From the human T2T-CHM13v2.0 reference genome, Homo sapiens: a stretch of DNA of 64,000 nucleotides. Positions 16,525 to 29,945 of the stretch are shown here, piece by piece. The notes under the pieces are model-generated. The model was not told the DNA's origin, did no database searches, and worked only from the letters and a program-made list of their open reading frames with translations. A program made the position numbers and the translations under genes. Every line of letters begins with the position of its first letter. Within the stretch, counting starts at the first letter, position 1. Where the stretch lies: assembly GCF_009914755.1 (NCBI RefSeq), contig NC_060930.1. One strand, 5' to 3'.

Positions 16525-16660
16525 CTCTCTCTCTCTCTCTCTAAAAGATAGGGTCTCGTTATGTTGCCCAGGATAGACGTGAACTCCTGGGCTCAAGCGA
16601 CCCTCTCCTCTCAGCCTCCCAAGGAGTTGTGACTACAGTCTCACACCACCATGCCCAGCT
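16525..16660 (-). mobile_element. Alu monomer (FLAM-like) with a (CT)n tail
   Basis: Single-arm Alu match. Confidence 0.75.
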
Positions 16661-17355
16661 AAGCTCACTGCACATGTCAATGTCTTATCTCCCGGCCCTT
16701 CCCTTCTTCCGTTTGTCCTCCCCTCCCCTGTTCTCACTATTCACCTTTCCTTCAGTTGCCCACCTACTTCCATGTTCGGAGGCCAGTGCTCTTTGGATCT
16801 GACATGTTGTGTGTGGGTCCCAATGGTTCATAGAAGGCCAGAGGGTCAGACACTTCTGCTCAGTAAGGGGAAGGATGAGAGGATCCATCTTGATCCTTCC
16901 CATCAAGGGCTATGGCAACAATTTGTACAAAGAAACCCAAAATAAAGCAACTCCCAAGAGGAGGGAAAAAAGAAGGTAGCTCCAATTTGCTTCAATGTGG
17001 GAGAATGGGATGAACAAAGACCTACTAGTGGGAAGCTGAGAAACTCTGTGAGGGCTCCTGACTTGGAGCAGGATGGGTGGATTGCGGGGAGAGTGACCTT
17101 GCCCCTGGCCTAGTAGGGCACTATGAGCTGAGGAAAATGGCCATGAGGCTTTGTCTGGCCTAGGTTTCTCAGAATTATAATGGTTTTCATTCCTTACAAG
17201 GGAAGTCTAAAATTGGGAAAAGAGAAGCAAAGAGATGCTGTCTAAATCCTAAATGTTAGCAAGAGTTTTCTGGTCTAGAAACTGTGACTCAGATGTGGTA
17301 GAGATGAGATGGATATGTGGCCGTGGTTGCATCCACCGGAAGATGCAGCCACAGG

Positions 17356-17585
17356 ACCAGGGACAGAAGGCCTCACATGGAGGGCCCAAGGACAGCAGGC
17401 CTCACGGAGGACCCAGGGACAGCAGGTCTCACGTGGAGGACCCAGGGACAGCAGGCCTCACGTGGAGGGCCCAGGGACAGCAGGCCTCACGTGGAGGGGC
17501 CACGGACAGCAGGCCTCATGTGGAGGGCCCAGGGACAGCAGGCCTCACATGGAGGGGCTACGGACAGCAGGCCTCATGTGGAGGG
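17356..17585. repeat. GC-rich minisatellite, 8 x 29 bp (CCCAGGGACAGCAGGCCTCACGTGGAGGG)
   Basis: Units start at 17356, 17385 (27 bp), 17412, 17441, 17470, 17499, 17528 and 17557. Confidence 0.97.
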
Positions 17586-17781
17586 CCCCAGCCCCTGTCT
17601 AGAAGGAGGCAGGTGGGGAATGACACCTGCATCATAAGAAGCTTCTGTCTTGTTAAAAGCAAAGACAGAAAGAAGGACAGGAAGACAATCACGTAGTCAT
17701 TGTATATAAGGTTTTTTCAGTCTTCACCTGTTCCAGTTATACTTTGCAGCCTGAAAAGTCATTCCAAAACATAGTAGCTTA

Positions 17782-18073
17782 CACTTTGGGAGGCCGAGGT
17801 GAGAGGCTTACTGGAGCCCAGGAGTTTGAGACCAGCTTGGGCAAAATAGCGAGAACCCCTCTCTACAAAAAAATTAAAAACTAAAAAAATTAGCCAACTG
17901 TGGTGGTGCATACATGTAGTCCTAGCAACCTGGGAGACTGAGGCCTGAGGATTAATTGAGTCCAGGAGTTTGAGGCTGCAGTGAGCTATGATTGCACCAC
18001 TGCACTCAAACCTGGGTAACAGAGGGAGAGGAGACCCTGACTTTTAAAAACAAAATACAACAACAAAACCACC
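17782..18073 (+). mobile_element. 5'-truncated AluJ inserted in an MLT1 LTR (~17735-18470, minus)
   Basis: TSD CCAAAACATAGYAGCTTA at 17764-17781 and 18074-18091. Confidence 0.88.
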
Positions 18074-18619
18074 CCAAAACATAGCAGCTTAAAACAGCTA
18101 CAGTCATGCTATCTCTCACAGCCTCTGTGGGTCAGGGTTTTGGGAAAGGGTTGGCTGTGCATCTCTCCATGTAGTCTCAAAACCTCTCCATGTGGTCCTT
18201 ACATGGACTAATTTGGGCTTCTCACAACATGGCAGCCTCAGAAAAATCAGATTGCTCACATAGTAGCTGAAGGTTTCAAGAACAAATATTCCAGAAAGCA
18301 TGGTAGAAATTGCATCCCCTGTTTTGACCTTATCTTAGAAGCTGCATAGCATGAATTCTGTTATACTCTACTGGATAAAACGTTCAGAAAAGCCTGCCCA
18401 GTTTCAAGGGGAGGAAACATAGCCCCATCTCTCGGTGAGAATGGTGTAAAAAGGTCTGCAGACATGTTAAATAGTAGTGACTGACCACCTTTTTTTCTCT
18501 TGAAACTAAGTTTGTATCACCCTGATCTTCTCCCATTCTTCTGATTGGTGTGTCTTCAGCTTATCCCTTCCGTTCCTCAGAGCAGGATGTTTTTCCCATT
18601 GAAAATGTTAGCATGCGAG

Positions 18620-19190
18620 GTAGCCATGCTTCAGAGATGGCGTCCTGAGGAACCACCCTTTCTAGCACCCATGCTCCTGTGCAGTCTCTTCCCACACTGG
18701 GTCTGGGCTGCACTTGGAGGAAGTGATGCTGTGGGATTTCCAAGGTTAAGGCATAGGAAACCTTGCCGCTTCTACCCGGGCCTTTTGAAAGGCCCTTATT
18801 CTAGGGAATAGGGCTCTTTCCCTCCTTATTCTAGGGAAAGTCAGCCACCATATAAGACATCTAACCTGAGACCACCATGCACTGAGGAAGCCCAAGCTAG
18901 CCACATGGAGGGAACATGTGGAGAAAGCAAGATATTTGGCCAAACTGTAGAGATTTTGGCCATCCCAGCCCAGGGGTCCAGACATGTAAGTGAAGAAGCC
19001 GTGTTGGATGTTGAGCTTGGTTGAGCATTCACAGGACCCCAGTCCAACCACCATCCGACTGCAATCACACTTGAAACTCAAAGTGAGAACCACCTGAGTC
19101 TAGTCAACCCTTAGAAGCTTCAGAGATAATAATAAGCTTTCATCTGAAGCTCCTAAATTTTGCGGTGGCTTGTTATGCAGCCAGAACATC
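18620..19190 (+). mobile_element. MLT1-family MaLR LTR
   Basis: GAGGAAGCCCAAGCTAGCCACATGG and a TTGTTATGCAGC 3' motif. Confidence 0.65.
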
Positions 19191-19501
19191 CAGTTCTATC
19201 AATTCCGCATCAGAATTTCTCCCAAATCTGGATCTCTTAAATTGGCCTTCAACATCATTTCCTTGCTGAAGCAAAGCTTCCTCTCTGGTTTCCGAGCAAG
19301 TAGGCATGCTTTAAGGAAGTTGGCCATAGAGGTGATATAAGACATGCTCATAAGCAACTATAAAATAAAGCAGTAAGGAGGTATGCCACAAGGTCTGTAC
19401 AGAAAATAGCTACCATGAGAACTCAGAAAAGAGAGGGACAGAATTATTCCAGCCTGAAGCCAGTGGGCCTGAAAAGGAGGTAGCATTGAATTGGACCTTG
19501 A

Positions 19502-20013
<512 letters not shown>

Positions 20014-20546
20014 CTAGACGGGGTGGTCAGGAAGGATGGGGAGACCAGTGAAGAAACTATCATGACAGGCCAGGGGAGAAGCAATGAGCCCGTGAATAAG
20101 GCTGGCCATGGGACTGAGGTTAAAGGGAGGAGGCATAAGAGACATTCCAGAGGTAGATAAGAGTGTGAAATACACATAAGGACAAAATTATAACCCAAAT
20201 TCTCCTATTCCCTGAATAAGTGAAAACAAATAATTCCACAGATTTTACTTTTGGGAGAAATGTGGCTTTTCAAAGAAAATACCTTTTCAAAGAAATACTT
20301 TAGGGGGAGAAGAGTAAATTAAATCCCTAACTTTAAATAAGTATGATCAGAGATTATTTTTTTGAACATTTATAGCCAGTTCTGAAATAGTCACATTGAC
20401 TTACAATTTTTGTTATTTACCCATCCCTGTGGTATGTTAGCGTGTAAGAAGCCTCCAAAAACAATTGAGGGCAAATCATGACTGATCTTTAAAACCTGCG
20501 GTGGTCCTTGAAACACGATGGATGCTCCAAACAGTTTTTAAAGTAT

Positions 20547-20565
20547 GAGCTCCCTCTAGTGGCCA
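20547..20565 (-). promoter_or_regulatory. CTCF motif TGGCCACTAGAGGGAGCTC
   Basis: Close match to the CTCF core consensus, in non-repeat sequence. Confidence 0.7.
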
Positions 20566-20888
20566 AAAATCATCTTTACTGCTTTATCAAATCTGCCACG
20601 CATTTATATTTATTTTAATGAGTAGTTTATCTTCCGCTACAACTGAACTTACACTTTCAATTTTTTTCTTGCTTGTTACCAAATAGGCTCCATAATATTC
20701 ACGATGAATCTCAACATCTAGAATCTAGTATTATTGTTATAATTAGTAATTATCAGTTTTCAATAATGTTTATTGAGTTTCTGACTGCACCAAAATGCAA
20801 TTATCACCTGATTAATGTATCAGCTAATTTACTATAAATGTTCAAAGGAAGTAATATTATTATTCATCACTATAAAAAGTACTCATTG

Positions 20889-21190
20889 GTCCATGATCCT
20901 TGGCTCATGCCAATAATCCCAACACTTTGGAAGACCAACACGGGAACATCACTTAAGACCAGGAGTTCAAGATCAGCCTGGGCAACATACTGAGACCCCC
21001 ATCTCTACAAAAAAAAGAAAAAGAAAAAAAATAGCTGAGCATGTTAGTGCACCTGTAGCCCTGACTACTTGGAAGGCTGAGGAGAGAGGATCACTTGAGC
21101 CAAGTATTTTGAGGTTACAGTCAGCTATGATAATGCCACTGCACTCCAGCCTGGGCAACAGAGTGAGACTCTGTCTCTAAATACATAAAC
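20889..21190 (+). mobile_element. AluJ
   Basis: Alu consensus match. Confidence 0.85.
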
Positions 21191-21359
21191 ACTTTAAAAA
21201 GTCCTCGTTGATAAATGCATATTCTCTCGAAATTAGTTCAAGTTGAAACAACTCCAAAGATGCACATTTCCCATCCAGATCCCATCATTTCTTAAAGAAA
21301 GGGGTCACCCTCATCAGACATTTTTCCTATTGTCTTGGGCATTCACATCCTCTCTTACT

Positions 21360-22261
21360 CCTCACTACTTATGCAAGTTTCTGCAGCCAGCTTGAATTTC
21401 TCCTCAGAAAATGGGTTTTTCTTTTCTATCACATTGTCAGCCTGCAAATTTTCCAAACTTTTATGCTCTGCTTCCCTTGTAAAACTGAATGCCTTCAATA
21501 GCATCCAAGTCACCTCTTGAATGCTCTGCTGTTTAGAAATTTCTTCTGCCAGATGCCCTTTGAACCATCTCTCTCAAGTTCAAAGTTTTACAAATCTCTA
21601 GGGCAGCAGCAAAATGCTGCCAGTCTCTTTGCTAAAACATAACAAGAGTCACCTTTGCTCCAGTTCCCAACAAGTTCCTGATCTCCATCTGCGATCATCT
21701 CAGCCTAGACCCTATTGTCCATATCGCCATCAGGCTTTTGGTCAAAGCCATTCAACAAGTCTTCAGGAAGTTCCAAACTTTCCCACATTTTCCTGTCTTC
21801 TTCTAAGCCCTCCAAACTGTTCCAACCTCTGCCTGTTACCCACTTCCAAAGTCGCTTTCACATTTTCGGGTATTTTTTCAGCAACGCCCCACTCTACTGG
21901 TACCAATTTACTGTATTAATCTGTTTTCACACTGCTGATAAAGACATACCTGAGACTTGGAAGAAAAACAGGTTTAATTGGACTTACAGTTCCACATGGC
22001 TGGGAAGGCCTCAGAATCAAGGCAGGAGGCTAAAGACACTTCTTACATGGCAGCAGCCAGAGAAAATGAAGATGCAAAAGTGGAAACCCTTGATAAAACC
22101 ATCAAATCTCATGAGACTTATTCACTACCATAAGAACAGCATGCGGGAAACCTCCCCCATGATTCAAATTATCTCCCACTAGGTCCCTCCCACAACACGT
22201 GGAAATTATAGGCGTACAATTCAAGATGAGATTTGGTTGGGGACACAGCCAAACCATATCA
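21360..22261 (-). mobile_element. THE1 MaLR: 5' LTR (21912-22261) plus the start of the internal region
   Basis: Minus strand TGATATGGTTTGGCTGTGTCCCC...TAATACA, followed by the internal start GTAAATTGGTACCAG. Confidence 0.88.
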
Positions 22262-22495
22262 CTAATTTAGGACAGATACACTGTTGCTATTGTAAGAATC
22301 AAACAAGAGCTATAACTTGCACAGCTTCTGTCACATGGTAGATGTTCAATAAATACTTACTGTACTTGATTTGAATCTTGTTTCATAAGCCCTTATTCAC
22401 ATTTTTTTAAAGTTGTAGAAAATAATTTGGCCACCTTTCTTTCCATCTTTCTAGTTGGCATTTCATGGATGGTTCCACTGAATAGCAATCAACTT

Positions 22496-23225
<730 letters not shown>

Positions 23226-24089
23226 AACTTCATATCCTATGACATTGATCATTAGTTTTCCATCTTGCTGAGTAGAATTGTTCTTACTTGGGGTTTCTAA
23301 AGTGAATCTCAGCTTAAATGAACACATGCTAGACTTTAATTATAGCTTCACTTATTTGAATTTTGAAGACAAGCATTTAATGATATATGTTGATCAATAT
23401 TGATAAACATACTGGATAATGTAAGGGTAAGAGGAGAGAATCAAATTCTCTAATAAGAGTTTAGTTTAACCTATCCTAAAGGTTACAAAAAAAATCTTAG
23501 AACATCAAAATTCTATCCAAAAAAACATTTGTGAGCAACCTTCTATTTCCCAGGCACTCCCAGAAGCACAAGGGACAAAGAAATAAGTAATATACAGTTC
23601 TTACTCTAAATGAGAAATTTTTTTTCATTCAAACAGTGACAGTTATTTTTGATAAGATAAACTCACACAATGAAACCACAATCTTCTCTAGTCTCATAAA
23701 ATTAATTAGCTAAAAAAATACAAAAGCCTTTCTATAACAATTCTTTCAAATTTAATTACCAGATTAAGAATATTCCTTTGGATATTCTAGTTCCATGATT
23801 GCTAACATTATTAATAAAAGTTAACATAATTTAATTTATATAATATTCTGACTCATTGGTTCTAATTTAAGACATCTGAAAACTCATTAATAAGAAAACC
23901 AATTTGTAACTGTTTTTATACAAACTGCCTCAATCATTTCAATACATTGTTATCCCATATGAGGGAGATGAATAAGAATCTATTTTTACTGAATAGAAAC
24001 GTATTTAAAATAATATCGCTGTCACTCTCTCCTTATAAATCATAAAAGAAAAGGTAAGATGTGACCTTTTCATTGTTTAGCCAATAAGA

Positions 24090-27000
24090 TAGGTATTTAA
24101 TGGTGTGGTTTGTAATTTGTAATTTGGCTACTAAAATATTTTTATATCTTTTATGTATTTATTAGCCATTTGATTTCTTCTTTTGTACCGTACATATTTA
24201 GGTCTTCTGGCCATTTTGCTTATTGATTTATACTACTATTTATATATTTTGAAGACCAGGGCTTTTTTGGATATATGTGCTATAAATACTTTCTCTGTTC
24301 TGTTTGTTTTTGTTTTTGTTTTTGTTTTTAGTTTTTAAAGAAACAGACATTTTAAATTTACCATCTAAAAAAGTATGTAGCCTTTTGCTTTTGAAAGCTA
24401 GTTTTACTGGGTGTAGAATTTTGGCTTGATAGTCTTTTTCTTTCAATATTTTAAAGATGCTGCCTCACTGTCTCTTGGTTTCCATTGCTTCTAATGAGGT
24501 ATCTGGTATCATTTTTATATAATATTTCTTTCTCTGTACATGATGTATATTCTTTCTAGCTGCTCTTAAGATTTTTATCTTTCTCACTGGTTTCAAGCAA
24601 TTTGATCTTTATATTTCTTGTAACATTTTCTTCAGGTTTCTTGTGCTAGAGATTCTTTGAGCTTCCTGAATCTGTAGGCCCACAGTTTTCATCAAATTTT
24701 AAATTTTTTCTGTTGTTATTATATTTTGTTCATTATTTTTTCTACACTCACTCTCCTCCTTCAGGAGCTATTATTACAGGTTTATTAGGTGTATTAGTCC
24801 ATTTTCACACTGCTATAAAGAACTGCCTGAGACTGGATAATTTGTAAAGAAAAGGTTCTTTTCACTGTTCTGCATGGATGCGGAGGCCTCAGGAAACTTA
24901 CAATTATGGCAGAAGGCGAAGGGGAAGCAAAGACGTTTTTCACATGGTGACAGGAAAAAGAGAGCTTGTGAGAGCTCAGGAATAACTACCATTTATAAAA
25001 CCATCAGATCTCATGAGAATTCACTCAGTGTCACAAGAACAGCATGGGGAAAACCACCCCCATGATCCAATCACCTCCCACTAGGTCTCTCCCTTGACAC
25101 ATGGGGATTACAATTCAAGATTAGATTTGGTTGGGGACACAAAGCCAAACCACAGTATTAGGCTACTTAATGCTATCCCACAGTTCAATAATGCTCTCTT
25201 TATTTTTTTTCAGTCTTTCTCTCTTTGTCACATTTTGAATAGTTTTGATTGCTGTGTCTTCAAGTTCACTAATCTTTTCTTCTGCAGTATTTAATCTGAT
25301 TTTAGTCCTATCCATTATTATCTTATCTTAGACATTGTATTTTTCATCTGTTGAAGTTTGTTTGGATCTTTTTTATGTCTTTAGTGTCATCATATAACTT
25401 GTTCAATCTTTTCTCTACTTTTTTTTCACTTATTGAATTGAAAAATCCATTTTCTATCTTCTTAAACATGTGGAATATAGTTACGATAACTATTTTAATG
25501 TGCCTATTTACACATCTAATTTACCACTCGTATAATTTATGAATTCTGTCTCTACTGACTGGATTTTTTTTCTCCTTATTTTGGATGAAAAATAAGAAGA
25601 AAATTGTCTATTTTTTCATTGTTTTATTTGCCAGACATTGTGAATTTTATCTTGTTAGAGGCTAGATTTTTCTATATCTATAAAAAATCTTAAGCTTTTT
25701 TCCAAAAGCCAGTTAATTTATAGAAACAGCTTGACCTTCTCTAGACCTCCTTTTAAGTTTTGTTATATGAGATCAAAGCAGCCATTAGTCTAGAGCTGAT
25801 TTTTTCCAACTATAGGCAATGCCCTGCTGAGAACTCTACCTGTTGCTACATTAATTATGTGGTTTTGTAATCTGACTGATAAAAACACAAACTACTTCCA
25901 GCCCTACTTGAGATCCAAGTACTGTTCCCTCTGATACTTTTGGATGGTTCTTTCTCCAACCTCAGCCATTAGGTTACATGTCTATGCTGATCAGTATATA
26001 GTCGAAGACTTAGCTACAGATATCTGAAACTCTGTCTGTATAGCTCTGTCCTCTCCAGTACTCTGTTCTATGAAGTCAAGCCATTTTGATCTTCTCAGAC
26101 TCCCAGCTCCATCTCCTCAGCTCAGAAAGACCACTGGGTTCCATCTGGATTCCTCCTTCCACGTACTGTGGCCTGCAAACTCTCTCCAGAAAGTAAGGTG
26201 GAGCAATCATAGGTGTATTCATTTTCTGGGGTGGCCATAACACGATACCCACAGATTGGGTACTAAAACCACAGCTTTAATAACAGAAATGTATTTTCTC
26301 ACAGTTCTGAAGGCTAGATGCCCAAGATTAAGATGTAAGGTTTTGTTTCCGCTAAGGTCTCCTTTCTCGGCTTTTAGATGGCCACCTTCTTACTGTGTCC
26401 TCACATGATCATTTATCTGTATGTGGGTGTGCACCCCTGGAATCTCCTTATTTGTCCAAATTTCTCTTCTTATAAGGACATTAGTCAGGCTGGACTAGGG
26501 CCCAGCCTAGTGGCCTCATTTTAACTTAATCATCTTTTTAAAGGCCCTATCTCCAAATACCATCACATTCTGAGGTACTGGGGGTTAAGGCTTCAACATA
26601 CTAATTATAGAGGAATACAATTCAGTCCACAATAGTAGTGCTGCCCTCATTCTGTTTTTGCTATCTCCCATGGATCACTCTTCGGCACAGCCCAATGTCT
26701 GATAACTATTGTTTCATATGTTTGCCTAGTTTTTAGTTGGTCTGGGGGAGAGGGTAAATCTGGCACTATATTATACCATCTTGGTTGGAAGCAGAAGACT
26801 GAAACAATTAATTTTGAACTACTAAAATTAGTTAACCCTTTTCTTGCTTACCCTAAGATATGAAGATATTCTTTTATGCTTTTTTTCAAAGATTTATAGT
26901 TTTGCCTTTCTTGCTTAAGTTTTCCATTCATGTGGAATTGATTTTTGAGCATAGAGTAAGATTGAGGTCCAATTACATTTTTTTCCCATAAGGATATATA

Positions 27001-28860
27001 ATTGTTTCAGCAACATTTGATGAAAAGTCCATCTGCCTTTCCCTTTGCTATGAAGTATATTCTTATAATAAGTCAAGTGTTCATAAATGTGACAGTTTAT
27101 TTTTGAGTCTCCTTTTCTGTTCTCTTGGTCTAATATTTTATTCCTTACCAGTTGTGTATGGTCTTAATTACAGAAAGTAAAAAGGTTGATAATACCAATT
27201 ATTGAAGAGTTGCAAATGATAAGAAATATACAATGTTACTGAGAATAGAATTCAGTACAACTACTGTATTAGTGTACTAGGGCTGCTATAACAAATTATC
27301 ATAAACCAAGTGGCTTAAAACAATAGAAAGTTATTGTCTTACAGTTCTGGAGGCTAAAAGCCTACCATCAAAGTATTGGTAAGACCATACTCCCTCCAAG
27401 GTCTCTAAGGACAAATTCTTCCTTGTTTCTTCTAGCTTTTGTGGTTGGTGGCAATGTAGCTAGCTGCATCATTTCAATCTCTGCCTCTGTCTCTACATGG
27501 CCATATTCCCCTCTGGGTGTGTCTTCTCTGTTCCAAATCATTTTCTCCTTATGAGGACAGTAGTCAATGGATTTAGGACACTCCCTAATCCAATATGACT
27601 TCTTCATAGCTTGATTATATCTGTTATATCATACACTCATATCATCAACACCACAATCAAGATGTAGGACATTTTCATCATCTCAAAAACTTTCCTGATG
27701 CCCCTTTGCAATCAACTCCATCTAAATTCTGGCCAAAGACAACCACTGATTTTCTTTTTATTGCTATAGTTTTGTCCTTTCTGGAATTTTATATAGGCAA
27801 AATCAATTACAGTAGGTAGTCTTTTTATGTGGTTTCTTTCAATTAGCATAACATTTCTCAGGATCATCCAAGTTGTTGTCTATATCAGCTGTGTATTCAT
27901 TTTATAAAAATTTATTACAATATATTGAATTTCCAGTCAATGGACATTTGCATTGCTTCTCTTTTGCTTCTGTGAACAGTGTTGCTATGAACATTTGCAT
28001 ACAAGTCTTTGTATAAACTTATGTTTTCATTTTTCTTCAGTAAATACCTAGCAGTGGGATTGCTGGATCATATGAAAATGCCAGACTATATTTCATCAGC
28101 AACATCGGAGAGTTCCAGTTGCTCTACACCCTCACTAGCACTTAATATTGGTCAGTCTTTTTAATTTTAGCCATACTTAGGGGTGTGTAGTGGTGTATTG
28201 TTTGGTCTTAATTTGCATTTCTCTACTAATTGTGTTGAGCTTCTTTTCACAGTGTCTATTAACTATTACTGTATCTTCTTTGGTGAAATACCTGTTTAAG
28301 TGTTTTGCCTTCTTTTTAATTGTGTTGTTTGTCTTAGTAAGTTATAAGGATTTATTATATATCTGGTTATATATATAAGGTTATATATCTGGTTATATAT
28401 AAGGATTTATTATTTATATATTTATATTTATTATATATATATTTATTTATTTTATATATTAATATATAATATATTTATTTATATTGACATATATTTATAT
28501 TAATATTTATATTGATATATAAATATTTATATTGATATATTAATATTTATATTGATATATTATATTAATATTTATATTGATATATTATATTAATATGAAT
28601 ATATTAATATATTATATATTGTATATTATATATTTATTATTTATATATTTATATACTTATAAATATATAATATTATATATAAATATATAAATATTTATAT
28701 ATTTATATTATATACCTGGTTATATATATAAGGATTTATTATATATCTGGTTACAAGTCCTTTGTCAGATGTTTTGCAAACATTTTCTACAACTCTATGG
28801 CTTACCTTTTTGTTTCTCAACTGTGCTTTTCTAAGAATTTTTTAAAATTTTGAAATGACA
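24090..28860 (-). mobile_element. Cluster of old L1M remnants with nested MaLR LTRs (THE1/MST 24790-25157; MLT1 ~26215-26635 and ~27265-27620)
   Basis: T-rich antisense L1 sequence. The LTR at 24790-25157 has a 5-bp TSD TTAGG. Confidence 0.75.
28344..28753. repeat. ~400-bp almost pure AT tandem/low-complexity expansion
   Basis: ATATTAATATTTATATTGAT-type units, bounded by direct repeats ATAAGGATTTATTATATATCTGGTTA. Confidence 0.9.
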
Positions 28861-28959
28861 TCCATCTTCCTTGTTATTTTTGCAAGCTCCTTAAGGTTGG
28901 AAATTGTGACTGACATGTTTAAAGTATGTAGCATATAATAGGCACCTGGTAAGAATAAT

Positions 28960-29285
28960 TAGTAACTTTCTGAGACCAATTATGTGGTAGTCACTGTGAT
29001 TAGTGCTTCAAATTTTTGTTTGCATTCTATCCTCACATACCTGTAAGTAGATATTCTTATCCTCATTTTGCTGTTGAGTAAATGAAGCCACAGGCTTCGT
29101 AGCTTGATGGCTTATTGCTTATTGCTTATTGATTTATACTAGTATTTATATATTTTGAAGACCAGGGCTTTTTTGGATATATGTGCTATAAATACTTTGT
29201 AAGGCACAACTGGTAAGGGATAGGGCCAGACTCCAAACCTGGGTCTACTTGACTTTAAAGTCCATGCTCTTAGCCACATGATGAT
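28960..29285 (-). mobile_element. MIR interrupted by a templated insertion (29107-29198)
   Basis: MIR motifs CCTCATTTTG...GAAGCCACAG and AAGGCACAACTGGTAAG...TCCATGCTCTTAGCCAC on either side. Confidence 0.75.
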
Positions 29286-29654
29286 GCCACTTTTGTTGAC
29301 TAACAAGTGAATGAATGAATGAATTCTACCTTATTTGTTCTTAAAGATTATGTGCTTATGTGCTTATGTATTTTTATTTACTTTTCTACACATTAAAACT
29401 CTCTGCAACAATACAAGCAACTGAAAAACATGGTTAGCCATGGTGGTAAGGAAGAGTTGGGAAAGCAAAATAGGAAGGAAAGTTTATATATTTCTTTTTT
29501 TAAAATTTTTAGACAATGTGAATGTATTATGTACTACATTCAAAGTATTCAGTAAAAACAATAAAGTCCTATATTAAAATAATGGCTTGTATTACAAATC
29601 AATAGAAAAACAATTTGCATATTTAATTGAGGAAGCAATTGTTAACAGTTCTTA

Positions 29655-29945
<291 letters not shown>

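Noticed and set aside
17356-17585. CRISPR-like array (29-bp repeats)
   Set aside because: The units are head-to-tail with no unique spacers, and the context is eukaryotic.
17253-17696. Three overlapping ORFs (147, 97 and 106 aa) with repeated peptides
   Set aside because: They arise because the 29-bp GC-rich unit has no stop in any plus frame. There is no other coding evidence.
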